DNA of 64,000 nucleotides, taken from assembly GCA_018302765.1 (NCBI GenBank), contig JAGVZG010000001.1:4482-68481 (forward strand), in the 5' to 3' direction. How positions within the stretch are numbered: position 1 is the first letter of the stretch; each line of letters begins with the position of its first letter. Below are positions 10,366 to 20,203 of the stretch, piece after piece. Below the pieces are notes generated by a model, which was not told the DNA's origin, searched no databases, and worked only from the letters and a program-made list of their open reading frames with translations. Made by a program: the position numbers and the translations under genes. The DNA is from Candidatus Woesearchaeota archaeon (lineage in GTDB: Archaea > Nanobdellota > Nanobdellia > SCGC-AAA011-G17 > GW2011-AR18).

Positions 10366-11754
10366 TTATAGTTTTTTAATTACCATTCCATCTTTTGTGT
10401 CATCAATGTAATATCCTAAGGATTTTATTTTTTCTCTTAATCCATCTGCCAGTTTAAAGTCTTTATTTTTTCTAGCTTGTTCTCTTTTTTCAGCTAATTC
10501 TTTAATCTCTTCTGGGACTTTTATTTCTTCATCTAATATTCCAAATACTTCATTTATTTTATTCATAAAATTTTTTATCTTTTTAGTGTCTTTTGTAGAT
10601 ATTTTCTTTTCTGCAATTAATTTATTTATTTCTTTCATGAATTCAAATAAAACAGTAAGCGCTTTTGGAGTTTCAAAGTCTTCATCCATTGATTTTTCAA
10701 AGTCATTTTTTGTTTTTTCTATCATAGAATTTATTTTTTTATTGTTTGTAGATCTGCTTTTATAATTTTTTAGTTTTAAAATGAATTCATTTAATTTTTG
10801 CAGAGAATTTTTTGCTTGTTCTATTGCTTCTTCTGAAAAGTCTATTGGCTTTCTATAGTGTGTTTGCAAAAACAAGAATCTTAGTATATTTTTATTATAT
10901 TTTTTTATTACATCTCTTATTGTAAAAAAATTTCCCAATGATTTTGACATTTTTTCTTTTTTTATCTGTAAAAACCCAGTATGCAGCCAGTATTTTACTA
11001 ATGGTTTTTTTCCTGATATTGATTCCATTTGTACAATTTCAGCTTCATGGTGAGGAAATATTAAGTCTAGACCGCCACCATGAATATCATATTGTGGGCC
11101 AAATTCTTTTTCTGTTATTGCTGTGTCCTCAATATGCCAGCCTGGTCTGCCTTTTATTAATTCTTTAGACTGCCAGAATGGATCTCCAGGTTTAGAAAAC
11201 TTCCATAGGCAGAAATCCCCTTTGTTTTTTTTCTCAGGGTTTTCATCTATTCTTGAAACAGAGTCTTCTGCTTCTTGTGATTTTCTTTTGGCAAGTTTTC
11301 CATATTCTTTGAATTTGCTTAAATCAAAGTAGTAACCATCTGATATTTTGTAAGCATAGCCTTTTTTTATTAATCTTTTAACTTGAGAAATTATCTGAGG
11401 TATATGATCTGTTGCTCTTGCATATTTATTTACTGAATTCACATCTAGATTTTTCATATCTTCTAAATAAGTTTGTTCATATCTTCTTGAAATTGTTTTC
11501 CAATCAGTATTTTCTTCATTTGCTTTTTTTATTATTTTATCATCTATGTCTGTTATGTTTTGCAGGTAGAATGTTTTATATCCTTTATATCTTAAGTATT
11601 TTACAATTATGTCAAACTGTATGTATGTTTTTGCATGGCCTAAATGTGAAAAGTCATAGACTGTTGGACCACACACAAATAGATTTATTTTTTTATCGTT
11701 TATTGGTTTGAGATTTTCTAGTTTTCTAGTTAGAGTATTGTAAACTTTAAGCAT
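10366..11754 (-). CDS. cysS: cysteinyl-tRNA synthetase
   Basis: HLGHAKTY (HIGH motif) and KMSKSLGN (KMSKS motif). Confidence 0.95.
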   Translation of the reverse strand: MLKVYNTLTRKLENLKPINDKKINLFVCGPTVYDFSHLGHAKTYIQFDIIVKYLRYKGYKTFYLQNITDIDDKIIKKANEENTDWKTISRRYEQTYLEDMKNLDVNSVNKYARATDHIPQIISQVKRLIKKGYAYKISDGYYFDLSKFKEYGKLAKRKSQEAEDSVSRIDENPEKKNKGDFCLWKFSKPGDPFWQSKELIKGRPGWHIEDTAITEKEFGPQYDIHGGGLDLIFPHHEAEIVQMESISGKKPLVKYWLHTGFLQIKKEKMSKSLGNFFTIRDVIKKYNKNILRFLFLQTHYRKPIDFSEEAIEQAKNSLQKLNEFILKLKNYKSRSTNNKKINSMIEKTKNDFEKSMDEDFETPKALTVLFEFMKEINKLIAEKKISTKDTKKIKNFMNKINEVFGILDEEIKVPEEIKELAEKREQARKNKDFKLADGLREKIKSLGYYIDDTKDGMVIKKL

Positions 11755-11842
11755 AAAATCTTTTATTTAAGTCTATTTTTATAGTTTTCTTTGAGAGTAA
11801 AGTTAATAAAGCTCTCATTTTTGTTCCTATCTGCTAGTAGGA

Positions 11843-13315
11843 ATGAAAACTTTATTATTTACAAAAGAGCTGGAAGATCTTAAAACTGAGGCATTAGTCG
11901 TTGGTTTTTACGAGAGCTTTGGGAATTCTGACATTGATAAATATGACGTTATTTCTGATGGCTTGGTGAATGAAGTAATTAAAAGCAAAGAGTTTACAGG
12001 TAAGTTTGGCAAGGTATTGATGCTAAGGCTGAAGGGTAAATTAAAAAGATTAGTTTTAGTTGGTTTGGGCAAGAGGGAGGAATTTGGTCTTGATAAAGCT
12101 AGAGAGATTTCTGGAAAAGCAGCTGTTTATGTTAGAGACCAGGGGATAGGTGAATTTAGTATTGTTTTATTTGAAGACATTAATCCTTATGATGCAGCTT
12201 ATTGCGTTGTAGAAGGAGTGAAGCTTTCATTGTATCAGTTTAATGATTTTAAGACCCAGGGCTTGGATGACATAAAAAAAGTTGATCAGTTTACTTTAGT
12301 TGCAAATGGAAATAATTTTGTTGAGATTGATAATGCAATAAGAAAGGCTTTAGTTATTACAGATGCTGTTTATTACGTAAGGGATTTGCAGAATAAACCT
12401 AGCAATGTTGTAACTCCAAGTTATTTAGCTGAGGAAGCAAAAAGAATTGCAGCTAGATTCAAATTTAAATGCACTGTTTTAGAGACGAAAGACATGAAGA
12501 AACTTGGAATGGGCGGAATGCTGGCTGTTAGTAGGGGCAGTGATCATCTTCCTAAATTTATTATTTTTGAGTACAATGGTGGAAAAGAAACTTTTTGTTT
12601 TGTAGGTAAAGGAATAACTTTTGATTCTGGTGGTATATCATTAAAGCCTTCTCAAGATATGGATGATATGAAGTTTGACATGAGTGGCGGAGCTGTTATT
12701 TTTGGACTTATGATTGCTGTGAGTCAGCTTAAGCTGCCTTACAGGGTTGTAGGTTTGGTTCCTGCAACTGAAAATCTGCCAGGAGGAAATGCTTACAAGC
12801 CTGGAGATATAATAAAATTTCATAATGGAAAGACAGCTGAAATAATAAATACTGATGCTGAAGGCAGATTAGTATTGGGAGATGCTTTGGCTTATTCAAA
12901 GAGATTTAATCCTAATGCAGTTATAGATTTTGCTACATTAACTGGAGCTTGCGTTGTTTCTTTGGGAAATCTTTATGCCGGCTTATTTTCTAATAGCGAT
13001 GAATTTTCTAGTAAGTTAGTTAAGGCTGGAGAAAATTCTGGCGAGCTCATCTGGAGAATGCCTTTGCATGATAAATACAAAGAACATGTAAAGAGCAATG
13101 TTGCTGATATAAAGAATTCTGGCTCTAGAGATGCTGGTGCTATAACTGCTGCAGTATTTTTAAAGGAGTTTGTTGAGTGCAAGAAGTGGGCACATATAGA
13201 TATTGCAGGTACAGCTTATACTAAAAATAACAAAGACGTGCTAAGTCCTTATGGCGGTACTGGATTTGGTGTAAGATTAATTATGAAATTATTAGAAGAC
13301 TGGAAAACTAAATAA
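11843..13315 (+). CDS. pepA: leucyl aminopeptidase (M17)
   Basis: NTDAEGRLVLGDAL signature plus the VGKGITFDSGG motif. Confidence 0.9.
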   Translation: MKTLLFTKELEDLKTEALVVGFYESFGNSDIDKYDVISDGLVNEVIKSKEFTGKFGKVLMLRLKGKLKRLVLVGLGKREEFGLDKAREISGKAAVYVRDQGIGEFSIVLFEDINPYDAAYCVVEGVKLSLYQFNDFKTQGLDDIKKVDQFTLVANGNNFVEIDNAIRKALVITDAVYYVRDLQNKPSNVVTPSYLAEEAKRIAARFKFKCTVLETKDMKKLGMGGMLAVSRGSDHLPKFIIFEYNGGKETFCFVGKGITFDSGGISLKPSQDMDDMKFDMSGGAVIFGLMIAVSQLKLPYRVVGLVPATENLPGGNAYKPGDIIKFHNGKTAEIINTDAEGRLVLGDALAYSKRFNPNAVIDFATLTGACVVSLGNLYAGLFSNSDEFSSKLVKAGENSGELIWRMPLHDKYKEHVKSNVADIKNSGSRDAGAITAAVFLKEFVECKKWAHIDIAGTAYTKNNKDVLSPYGGTGFGVRLIMKLLEDWKTK

Positions 13316-13339
13316 GTTATATTTAAGAGATTTTTCTAT

Positions 13340-13843
13340 TTGTTATTTTTTATGAGCAGAAAATTATTAGTAGATGTTGAAAATTTAGATGATTTAAAAT
13401 TTCTTTATCTTGAATTAGTAGTTCGTCCTAAAGTTGGTGTTGGACCTTTAGCAATGCAATTAGCTGATGGTTTAAGAGATGTTTTTGAACTTTATGAGTT
13501 AAATAAAGATAATATCAGGGAATGCGCAAACTATGTTGATGGAGTTAGTACTGAAGATATTTATTTTTGGCCTTTAGTAAGACCTTTAGTTTATTATATA
13601 GGTGAACCATTCTCTAGGAGTGTTAGAGGGAGCTTAAATGCAGGCAATGGAAGAGTTTTGGTTCATTTGCTTAAAAATACAGATGTTTCTTTTTCAAGAG
13701 AGGATTTAGTAAAAATTTCTGGTTCTTGGAGCATTGGATCTGTTGTCAGCAGTATGGGAATATTAGCAAAACAAGTCAGACATTCTAGATATTATTCTAT
13801 TGATAGAGTTGAAGGTAGTTACACAATGAAAATAATAAATTGA
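13340..13843 (+). CDS. hypothetical protein
   Basis: 167-aa ORF with no recognised motifs. Confidence 0.35.
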   Translation: MLFFMSRKLLVDVENLDDLKFLYLELVVRPKVGVGPLAMQLADGLRDVFELYELNKDNIRECANYVDGVSTEDIYFWPLVRPLVYYIGEPFSRSVRGSLNAGNGRVLVHLLKNTDVSFSREDLVKISGSWSIGSVVSSMGILAKQVRHSRYYSIDRVEGSYTMKIIN

Positions 13844-13895
13844 ACTTTAAAGTTAAGTTTTTATATAAGCGAATTATTGAAAATATACTTTTAAA

Positions 13896-14222
13896 ATGAT
13901 GCCAAACTTAAATCCAAAGCAGCTTGAGCAAGCTATGAAAAAGCTTGGAGTAAAACAAGAAAAAATTGATGCTTATGAAGTTGTTATTAAAACAAGAGAG
14001 AAAAACCTTGTTGTGAAAGACCCTGAAGTTTTGAGAGTTAACATGATGGGACAGGAAAGTTTTCAAATTACTGGAAGCATTGAAGAGGAAATGAATATAA
14101 CTGAGGATGATGTTAATACTGTTGCTAGCCAAGCTGGAGTCAGCAAAGACAAAGCAAGGGAATCTTTGGAAAAGAACAAGGGAGATTTGGCTTCAGCAAT
14201 AATGGAGTTAAAAAATAATTGA
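13896..14222 (+). CDS. nac: nascent polypeptide-associated complex protein (NAC alpha, archaeal)
   Basis: A NAC domain followed by a C-terminal UBA-like segment (VSKDKARESLEKNKGDLASAIMELK). Confidence 0.85.
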   Translation: MMPNLNPKQLEQAMKKLGVKQEKIDAYEVVIKTREKNLVVKDPEVLRVNMMGQESFQITGSIEEEMNITEDDVNTVASQAGVSKDKARESLEKNKGDLASAIMELKNN

Positions 14223-14223
14223 A

Positions 14224-14697
14224 ATGGAAAAGATAAAAAGATTGTTGCAGGAAGCAAACCAAGATTTTAGGACAGCAGAACATTTAATGTATATTAATAA
14301 CACAATGGCTAGCGATGGGAAATTATTAATTTATATTGCAAAAAAACTGCACTTAACAGTTTCAAATTGTTTAGATGCTCTTCTGAACTATGAGAAGCAC
14401 AATAGAATGATCAGGATTTTGCCTTCAGATTTTGGGTCAAAGATTGATATTTTTGAAAATGAAGTACTGCCCAGAATGGCGATTGCTCCAGACGTTGTAG
14501 ATATTATTAAGGAATTAAATTCTATTGCAAATGAGCATGAAAATAGTCCAGTTGAGTTTTCAAGAGGAGACAAGTTTGTTATTTGCAGTGATGGATATCA
14601 CACAATAAAGGCTTTGGATGTTGAGATGTTGAAGCATTATATTGATGCAGTAAGAAACTTTTTGTATTTAGTTAATGGAGCAATTGGAAATGTATGA
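14224..14697 (+). CDS. hypothetical helical protein, tandem paralog 1
   Basis: Shares the patterns AEHLMYI...LDALLNYEK with the next ORF (ADHLVYV...YLEYLRK). The two look like a tandem duplication. Confidence 0.45.
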   Translation: MEKIKRLLQEANQDFRTAEHLMYINNTMASDGKLLIYIAKKLHLTVSNCLDALLNYEKHNRMIRILPSDFGSKIDIFENEVLPRMAIAPDVVDIIKELNSIANEHENSPVEFSRGDKFVICSDGYHTIKALDVEMLKHYIDAVRNFLYLVNGAIGNV

Positions 14698-15139
14698 AGA
14701 TAATGCTGAGACTCCTGATGAGGAATTGAAGAGAGCAGATCACTTAGTTTATGTTTCTTTAAAATATACCAGAACTTGTGACATTATGAAAAATGCAATC
14801 AAAAGAATGATTGCAGCATTTGAGTTATCTATGTCAGAATATTTAGAATATTTGAGAAAGGGTAAAGAATTAAGTCATGTTTCTGGTACTTCCAAAGAGA
14901 GATCAGTGCAAATTAAAAATTTGTTAGGAAATCAATTTAAGAAGTATTTTATATTATATAATTTGCTTAAGAAAATAGACAAAGCAGATTATACTGCTAC
15001 AGAAGAATTCAGGAAGAATGTTACTTTAAAGACTAAAACCTCTAAAGTCATTGAAGTTAAAGTTGATAATCTGTATAACTATTTAGAACTAACAAAAGAA
15101 TTTGTTTTATTTATGAAAAGTAAAATGAAGGCAAGGTAG
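14675..15139 (+). CDS. hypothetical helical protein, tandem paralog 2
   Basis: See paralog 1. Overlaps its 3' end by 23 nt. Confidence 0.45.
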   Translation: MEQLEMYEDNAETPDEELKRADHLVYVSLKYTRTCDIMKNAIKRMIAAFELSMSEYLEYLRKGKELSHVSGTSKERSVQIKNLLGNQFKKYFILYNLLKKIDKADYTATEEFRKNVTLKTKTSKVIEVKVDNLYNYLELTKEFVLFMKSKMKAR

Positions 15140-15214
15140 ATTTCTGTATTTTTTAACTACTCTTAAGTAAGTAAATTAGTAATATTTATATACGCTAAGG
15201 TTTTATTTTTTTAG

Positions 15215-16108
15215 ATGAAAACAAAAGATGTTTTATTTTTTGATAAAGATCATACTTTAGGAGAATTTAGTAAAATTGACAAAGGTCTTTATCCAAGAGT
15301 TATAGATTTTCTTAATAATCAATTTGAAAAAGGGATAGGCCTGTACATAGCTACAGATGCTGGCGAAGCTGGCAGAAAACATCTAGAAAAAATTGATTTT
15401 CTACTAGATGGTTATTTTGGCAGAGAGAAAATAGGAAGTGAACGTGGAACTCTTTATGTTTTACCAGATGGAAATATTAGAAGACTTTATGATGACTATT
15501 GCTCTAGATGTTCTTTATTACCAGAAAAAAAGCAGAGCAGACTAAATGATTTACTTTATAAATTAGCAGATATGAAGGATGATTTTTCATTGTCAATAGA
15601 TAAAAGAAAGGAGATAGAACGGAGACTAGAAAAATTTTGGAAAAAATGGGGAAGGCTTGTTCATAGTGCTACAAAAGAGCCTTTTGATGATTCTACAATT
15701 TATGTAAATCCTAATGCCGAAGCATGTGGTTGTGCAGCATTTTCTAAAGATATTTATCTTGCAAAGAGATTAATAGATCCAGTGAATTATTCAGATTTAA
15801 GAAGTGTTATGGTTGGTGACTTTGGAGATGAAGGTGTTTCTTTGTCAGATCCTGAAACTCCTTTGATTGTAATTTCTAATGGTGTAAGAAGTGGAGAATG
15901 GCATTATATTTCTTCTATGGTTGATCGGCTTTTTAGTAGCCAAGATGAAAAACCTTGGCAAGTTTATGACAGGATATTTGCAGGCTCTAGTATTGTTGGT
16001 AATAATGAAAGAAGTTGCTCTTTAGACGGGCTGAAATTTAGACTTAAAAATAGAATGGAAATTTTATCTGGAAGAGACAGTTTAGCAAGATTAGTTTATT
16101 GCGAATGA
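15215..16108 (+). CDS. HAD-superfamily hydrolase-like protein
   Basis: N-terminal FFDKDHTLG (DxDxT motif I) and a late VMVGDFGDEG (motif IV-like). Confidence 0.55.
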   Translation: MKTKDVLFFDKDHTLGEFSKIDKGLYPRVIDFLNNQFEKGIGLYIATDAGEAGRKHLEKIDFLLDGYFGREKIGSERGTLYVLPDGNIRRLYDDYCSRCSLLPEKKQSRLNDLLYKLADMKDDFSLSIDKRKEIERRLEKFWKKWGRLVHSATKEPFDDSTIYVNPNAEACGCAAFSKDIYLAKRLIDPVNYSDLRSVMVGDFGDEGVSLSDPETPLIVISNGVRSGEWHYISSMVDRLFSSQDEKPWQVYDRIFAGSSIVGNNERSCSLDGLKFRLKNRMEILSGRDSLARLVYCE

Positions 16109-16173
16109 ATTTTTATGATTGGATTTTTTGGCAGAGAAAGATTTATTAATTCTTTTAGATAGGCAAAATAGAT

Positions 16174-16965
16174 ATGGCTATATCAAGAGTTATAGGTTGT
16201 ATTTCTGCTAAAGGTGGCGTTGGTAAAACTACAAGTGCAATTAATTTAGCTGCAGCGTTGCATGTTTTTGGCAAAGACGTTATTCTTGTTGATGCGAATT
16301 TAACAACTCCAAATGTTGGGGTTTACTTAGGAGTACCAATTGCTCCTGTTACATTACATGATGTTTTGAGGGGCAAGAAAGACGCTCGTGATGCAGTTTT
16401 TCAGCATAGGCATGGTTTCAAGGTTTTGCCTGCAAGCATTTCTGTTAAGGACGCAAAAAAAGTAGATCCAAACAAGTTAGATTTTGTTTTGAAAGATATA
16501 GACGGCCATAGTGATTTTATAATACTTGATGGTTCTCCTGGACTAACTAAAGAAGCACTTGCAGTAGTTAAAGCATCTAATGAAGTTATTATTGTTACTA
16601 ATCCTGAGATGCCTGCAGTTACTGACGCTCTTAAAACTATTAAGATTTGCAGAGAGCTTAAGAAAGAAGTTTTGGGAGTTCTAGTAACTAAGACAAATGC
16701 AAAAAATGCTGATATGCCTTTGAAAGACATAGAAAATATATTAGACGTTCCTGTTATGGGTATAATACCTGAGGACAGAGCTGTTAAATTTGCTGTTGCA
16801 AACAAGGAACCTGTTGTTCATAATTATCCTAAGAGCCCTGCTGCTGTTCAATACAAAAAGTTAGCTGCAGAATTATTAAATATAAAATACAGTGAAAGGA
16901 TTGAACCTTTGAATACTGGTAGTTTCTTTGACAGTATATTAAAATGGCTTGGATTTAAAGATTAG
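16174..16965 (+). CDS. minD: MinD/ParA-family P-loop ATPase
   Basis: Deviant Walker A motif SAKGGVGKTT. Typical archaeal MinD length of 263 aa. Confidence 0.85.
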   Translation: MAISRVIGCISAKGGVGKTTSAINLAAALHVFGKDVILVDANLTTPNVGVYLGVPIAPVTLHDVLRGKKDARDAVFQHRHGFKVLPASISVKDAKKVDPNKLDFVLKDIDGHSDFIILDGSPGLTKEALAVVKASNEVIIVTNPEMPAVTDALKTIKICRELKKEVLGVLVTKTNAKNADMPLKDIENILDVPVMGIIPEDRAVKFAVANKEPVVHNYPKSPAAVQYKKLAAELLNIKYSERIEPLNTGSFFDSILKWLGFKD

Positions 16966-17038
16966 GATTTAGATTTGTTTTTATCATTAAGTAGTAAAAA
17001 TAGTAAGATTTAAATACTTTTTCTGTTAAATTATTAAT

Positions 17039-17392
17039 ATGGGTTACTACGAAGAAAATCAAGGTCTTTACGATATGTTTGTAACAGAATTAAATTTAAC
17101 TATAATGAAATTTAATTTAGACAGTCCAATTAAAGACTCTTTAGTTTCTAAGCTTTTAGAAATTGACAAAGATGATTTAACTTACAAATTTTATAGACTA
17201 ATTTATTCTGCCCCTGAAAGGGACTATTCATTTGAAGTTACTAATTTTATATTTGACATGGGACTTAATCCAGTTTTATTGGAACGTCATGTTCTTTTTC
17301 CACAAGGTTGTGACTTATGGCGAGATATTTATAAGGTACTGTGTGGACAAAAAGAAGTGAAATATAATACAAAACCTGATACGATTTCTTAA
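17039..17392 (+). CDS. hypothetical protein
   Basis: 117-aa ORF. Confidence 0.35.
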   Translation: MGYYEENQGLYDMFVTELNLTIMKFNLDSPIKDSLVSKLLEIDKDDLTYKFYRLIYSAPERDYSFEVTNFIFDMGLNPVLLERHVLFPQGCDLWRDIYKVLCGQKEVKYNTKPDTIS

Positions 17393-17450
17393 GAAATATT
17401 ATTTAAAAAGAGATAATTATGGATATATAAACTGTAATTAATATTAAAAT

Positions 17451-17753
17451 TTATGTATACTTAATTTTAATCTTATTATACAAAAATTTTGAAATCTTAA
17501 GTAGAAATGGAACAATAATTAATAATATAATAATTATTTTGTTAAAATTCCTACTTAAGAAAGCAGATTTTTCTGTCAGAGTGCTTAGTAAAATAATGAT
17601 AAAAACAATAGAGAATAGAATTACATTAGCAATTATTATGATTATTAGTAGAGAATGGTCTTTCTTTTTTTGAATGTGTTTATTGTTTGTTAATTTTATC
17701 AGTTCTGTCTGCTTATTGACAATTTCTTTTATTGCTTCTTTTATTTTAACCAT
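17451..17753 (-). CDS. small membrane protein
   Basis: Two strongly hydrophobic helices. Confidence 0.35.
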   Translation of the reverse strand: MVKIKEAIKEIVNKQTELIKLTNNKHIQKKKDHSLLIIIIIANVILFSIVFIIILLSTLTEKSAFLSRNFNKIIIILLIIVPFLLKISKFLYNKIKIKYT

Positions 17754-17791
17754 TTCTGTTTTATGTTTTTTGTCAGTAAACTATATAAATT

Positions 17792-18634
17792 TTGTTTACC
17801 ATATATATTGTTATGAGAAGAAGACTTTTTTGTGCTGGATTAGCATTGCTGCTTTTTCCAGCTTGTGGAGGAAATTCTGACAATGATAGAGAGCGTCCTA
17901 CTAGAGATATGAGGGTTGGTTATTCTGACGGTCGTGGAGATGATAGTAGTACTAATGGCGATGGCAGTAATGGAGTTGATGGCAATAATAATGGAAAAGA
18001 TGGCTTTGCTGGAAATAATCCTCCTGAGGTTTTCTTGCTTGACAGAGATGGCAACCCTACTGATATTTTTAGGGTGCGCGTTGGTATGAATACTGAATTT
18101 TCAGCTAAGGCAGATGATCCTGATGGCGATGAATTAAGTTGCAGGTTTGATATTAATTACAAAAATGGTGGAAATTTATTTACTAGAGACTGGAGCAGTT
18201 GTGATGGTTTTAATTATAACATGACTTCTTTAGGTAGTTATGATGTTGTTGCTAGAGTTAAAGATTCTAGAGGAATGGAAGGTAGACCTTACAGTGCTTC
18301 TTTGGAAGCTATGGCTAATGTTCCTCCTGTTGTTGATTTAGATAGTAGCAAGTGCCCAGAATCTTATATGGGTTCATGTCTTTTTCGACCTCAAATAAAT
18401 AATACTATTTGTTGGGTTATAGCTTTAGATAGGACTTATGATCTTGATGGCAGTATAAAAAAATTTAGAGTTTATCCTATGCTGAGAGAATTTCCCACTA
18501 ATTATATAGAGAGTTCTGATCCAGCAGATATGTGTGGGGTTTTTGTTACTAAAGGAATTTATCTTTCTAGGATAGAAGTTATAGATAATGAAAGTGCTGT
18601 TGGAAGTATAGATTTCTATAACGAAACTATGTAA
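17792..18634 (+). CDS. secreted PKD-domain protein
   Basis: Signal peptide MRRRLFCAGLALLLFPACGG, then a Gly/Asn/Asp-rich linker, then a PKD-like motif DPDGDELSCRFDINYKNGG. Start is probably the internal Met at 17816. Confidence 0.6.
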   Translation: MFTIYIVMRRRLFCAGLALLLFPACGGNSDNDRERPTRDMRVGYSDGRGDDSSTNGDGSNGVDGNNNGKDGFAGNNPPEVFLLDRDGNPTDIFRVRVGMNTEFSAKADDPDGDELSCRFDINYKNGGNLFTRDWSSCDGFNYNMTSLGSYDVVARVKDSRGMEGRPYSASLEAMANVPPVVDLDSSKCPESYMGSCLFRPQINNTICWVIALDRTYDLDGSIKKFRVYPMLREFPTNYIESSDPADMCGVFVTKGIYLSRIEVIDNESAVGSIDFYNETM

Positions 18635-18646
18635 CTTTTTATTATA

Positions 18647-19294
18647 TTAATATTGTTTTATTGTTACAACAATATTTCCTGGACCTAAACCAGCAGTTAC
18701 AGTCTTTTCAGATGTAAGATAATTCATACTAGTAAAATCTTTTATTTGTATTGGTATTGGTGGGGCAGCACTTCCAACTTCTGATATTCTTAATTCTGTT
18801 GGTGACGTAACATTTGTCTTATAATAAGCAGAATCAAAATTACCTACAATTGTGTCTACAGTATTGCACCCTATTCCTTCTATACATAAGTCTCCTTTTG
18901 TTTGTGTACTCTGGCTCATTAAGGCCAGGCTGACTTGTTCTCCTTTTACATTAGTAAATTCTAATTTTAAAACTTTATTATTCAAGGTATTTACAATATG
19001 TAAGTTTCCGGTGCTGTCTTTGTAAATATAAAAAACACCAAAGTTTGGATCTTTCTTTTTTGCTTCTTCAAGAAATGCAATTGTGAAATTATCTATTGCT
19101 TCTACAGGATTTGTTCCATTGTATAGTGCAAAGTTAATTATCTTTGGATATTCTGTCTGGTAATTTTCACTTAGATCTTTGTAGTCTTCTGGAGTTGGAT
19201 ATGTTTTTATTGTATTATATTCAATTGCTACTGAATAAATTGACATTACAAAGATTATTGCAGCTATAAGAAATATCTGACCTCTTTTATTCAT
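18647..19294 (-). CDS. archaeal type IV pilin-like protein (class III signal peptide)
   Basis: N-terminus MNKRGQIFLIAAIIFVMSIYSV. This gives a KRG|Q prepilin-peptidase site followed by a hydrophobic helix. Confidence 0.55.
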   Translation of the reverse strand: MNKRGQIFLIAAIIFVMSIYSVAIEYNTIKTYPTPEDYKDLSENYQTEYPKIINFALYNGTNPVEAIDNFTIAFLEEAKKKDPNFGVFYIYKDSTGNLHIVNTLNNKVLKLEFTNVKGEQVSLALMSQSTQTKGDLCIEGIGCNTVDTIVGNFDSAYYKTNVTSPTELRISEVGSAAPPIPIQIKDFTSMNYLTSEKTVTAGLGPGNIVVTIKQY

Positions 19295-19384
19295 AAATAT
19301 ATTACTCTTATTATTGTTTATAAGTTTTCTCTTTAATTTTTAATAAACCACTAGGTTTAAAAATTATTAAATGTTCTTTTTTAT

Positions 19385-19545
19385 ACCCCGCGTAGCTCAA
19401 CGGTGGAGCTTTCGGCTGTAGATCACGGTCTCTGTTAGATCTTACGCTTTATGCTAGAAATGAAAAACAGGTAGCTGAGCCCGAAGGGTTGCTGGAAGTT
19501 TACTCAATTTAAGGTAAATTGGCAAATTCGAATCTGGCCGCGGGG
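19385..19545 (+). tRNA. tRNA-Tyr (anticodon GUA) with two introns (~58 nt next to the anticodon loop, ~31 nt at T-arm position 53/54)
   Basis: Acceptor CCCCGCG/CGCGGGG with C1-G72 (an archaeal Tyr identity element). D-arm GCUC-AACGGUG-GAGC. Anticodon stem UUCGG/CCGAA with loop CUGUAGA, identical to Methanocaldococcus tRNA-Tyr. T-loop UUCGAAU. The exon pieces are separated by two insertions. Confidence 0.7.
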
Positions 19546-19864
19546 ACTTATTATATATTCTAAAAATATACCTTCTATTTGGTGCGTGGACGACATGACA
19601 TTATCTATATGCGTTTAATTTATAAATTTCTTTTACTAATTTTTTGTATGGGCTGAATCAAATTTCTCAAATGTTAATAGCTTTAGGAATAGTAAACAAA
19701 ATTGTTAGTAGATATGATCAAAAAAGAAATGTTTATGCTGTTGTTATTGGAAAGAAGGAGTACTTAATTAAATTTAGCAATGTTGTTGGATTTAGATCTA
19801 AATTAAAAAGTTTTAAACTATTGAGTTTAATATCTTGATTTATTATTAATATTGAATAAAAAAA

Positions 19865-19872
19865 CTTATAAA
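19865..19872 (+). promoter_or_regulatory. TATA-box-like element upstream of tRNA-Asp
   Basis: cttataaa centred ~30 nt upstream of the tRNA 5' end. Confidence 0.35.
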
Positions 19873-19898
19873 CAATCATATTGTCTTTTACCTAATAA

Positions 19899-20021
19899 GC
19901 CCTGGTAGTGTAGTGGTTAGCACAGAGCCCTGTCGATGTAAGCTTTTAGGAAAGGCTTGAAAAAACTTTGCTAAACAATAGATAGGCTCTAACTCGAGTT
20001 CAAATCTCGGCCAGGGCGCCA
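19899..20021 (+). tRNA. tRNA-Asp (anticodon GUC) with one ~48-nt intron; CCA encoded
   Basis: GCCCUGG acceptor, GUGUAGUGGUUAGCAC D-arm and CCUGUC anticodon region, all close to the archaeal tRNA-Asp consensus. T-arm UCGAG-UUCAAAU-CUCGG. The 3' end is CCAGGGC-G-CCA. Confidence 0.8.
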
Positions 20022-20203
20022 TATTTTTTTGCAATGATAAATAAAAAATCCAGAATTAATAAATAAGTTATGTAATGATATCCAATTATCCTAATTTATA
20101 ATATTATTTGAAAAAGCCTTGTGAGAAGATTTATGTAAAAGATAATAAATAGAAAAGAAATAATTTTGACAAAATATTTAAATGAGAGACAACTTAAGAA
20201 ATT

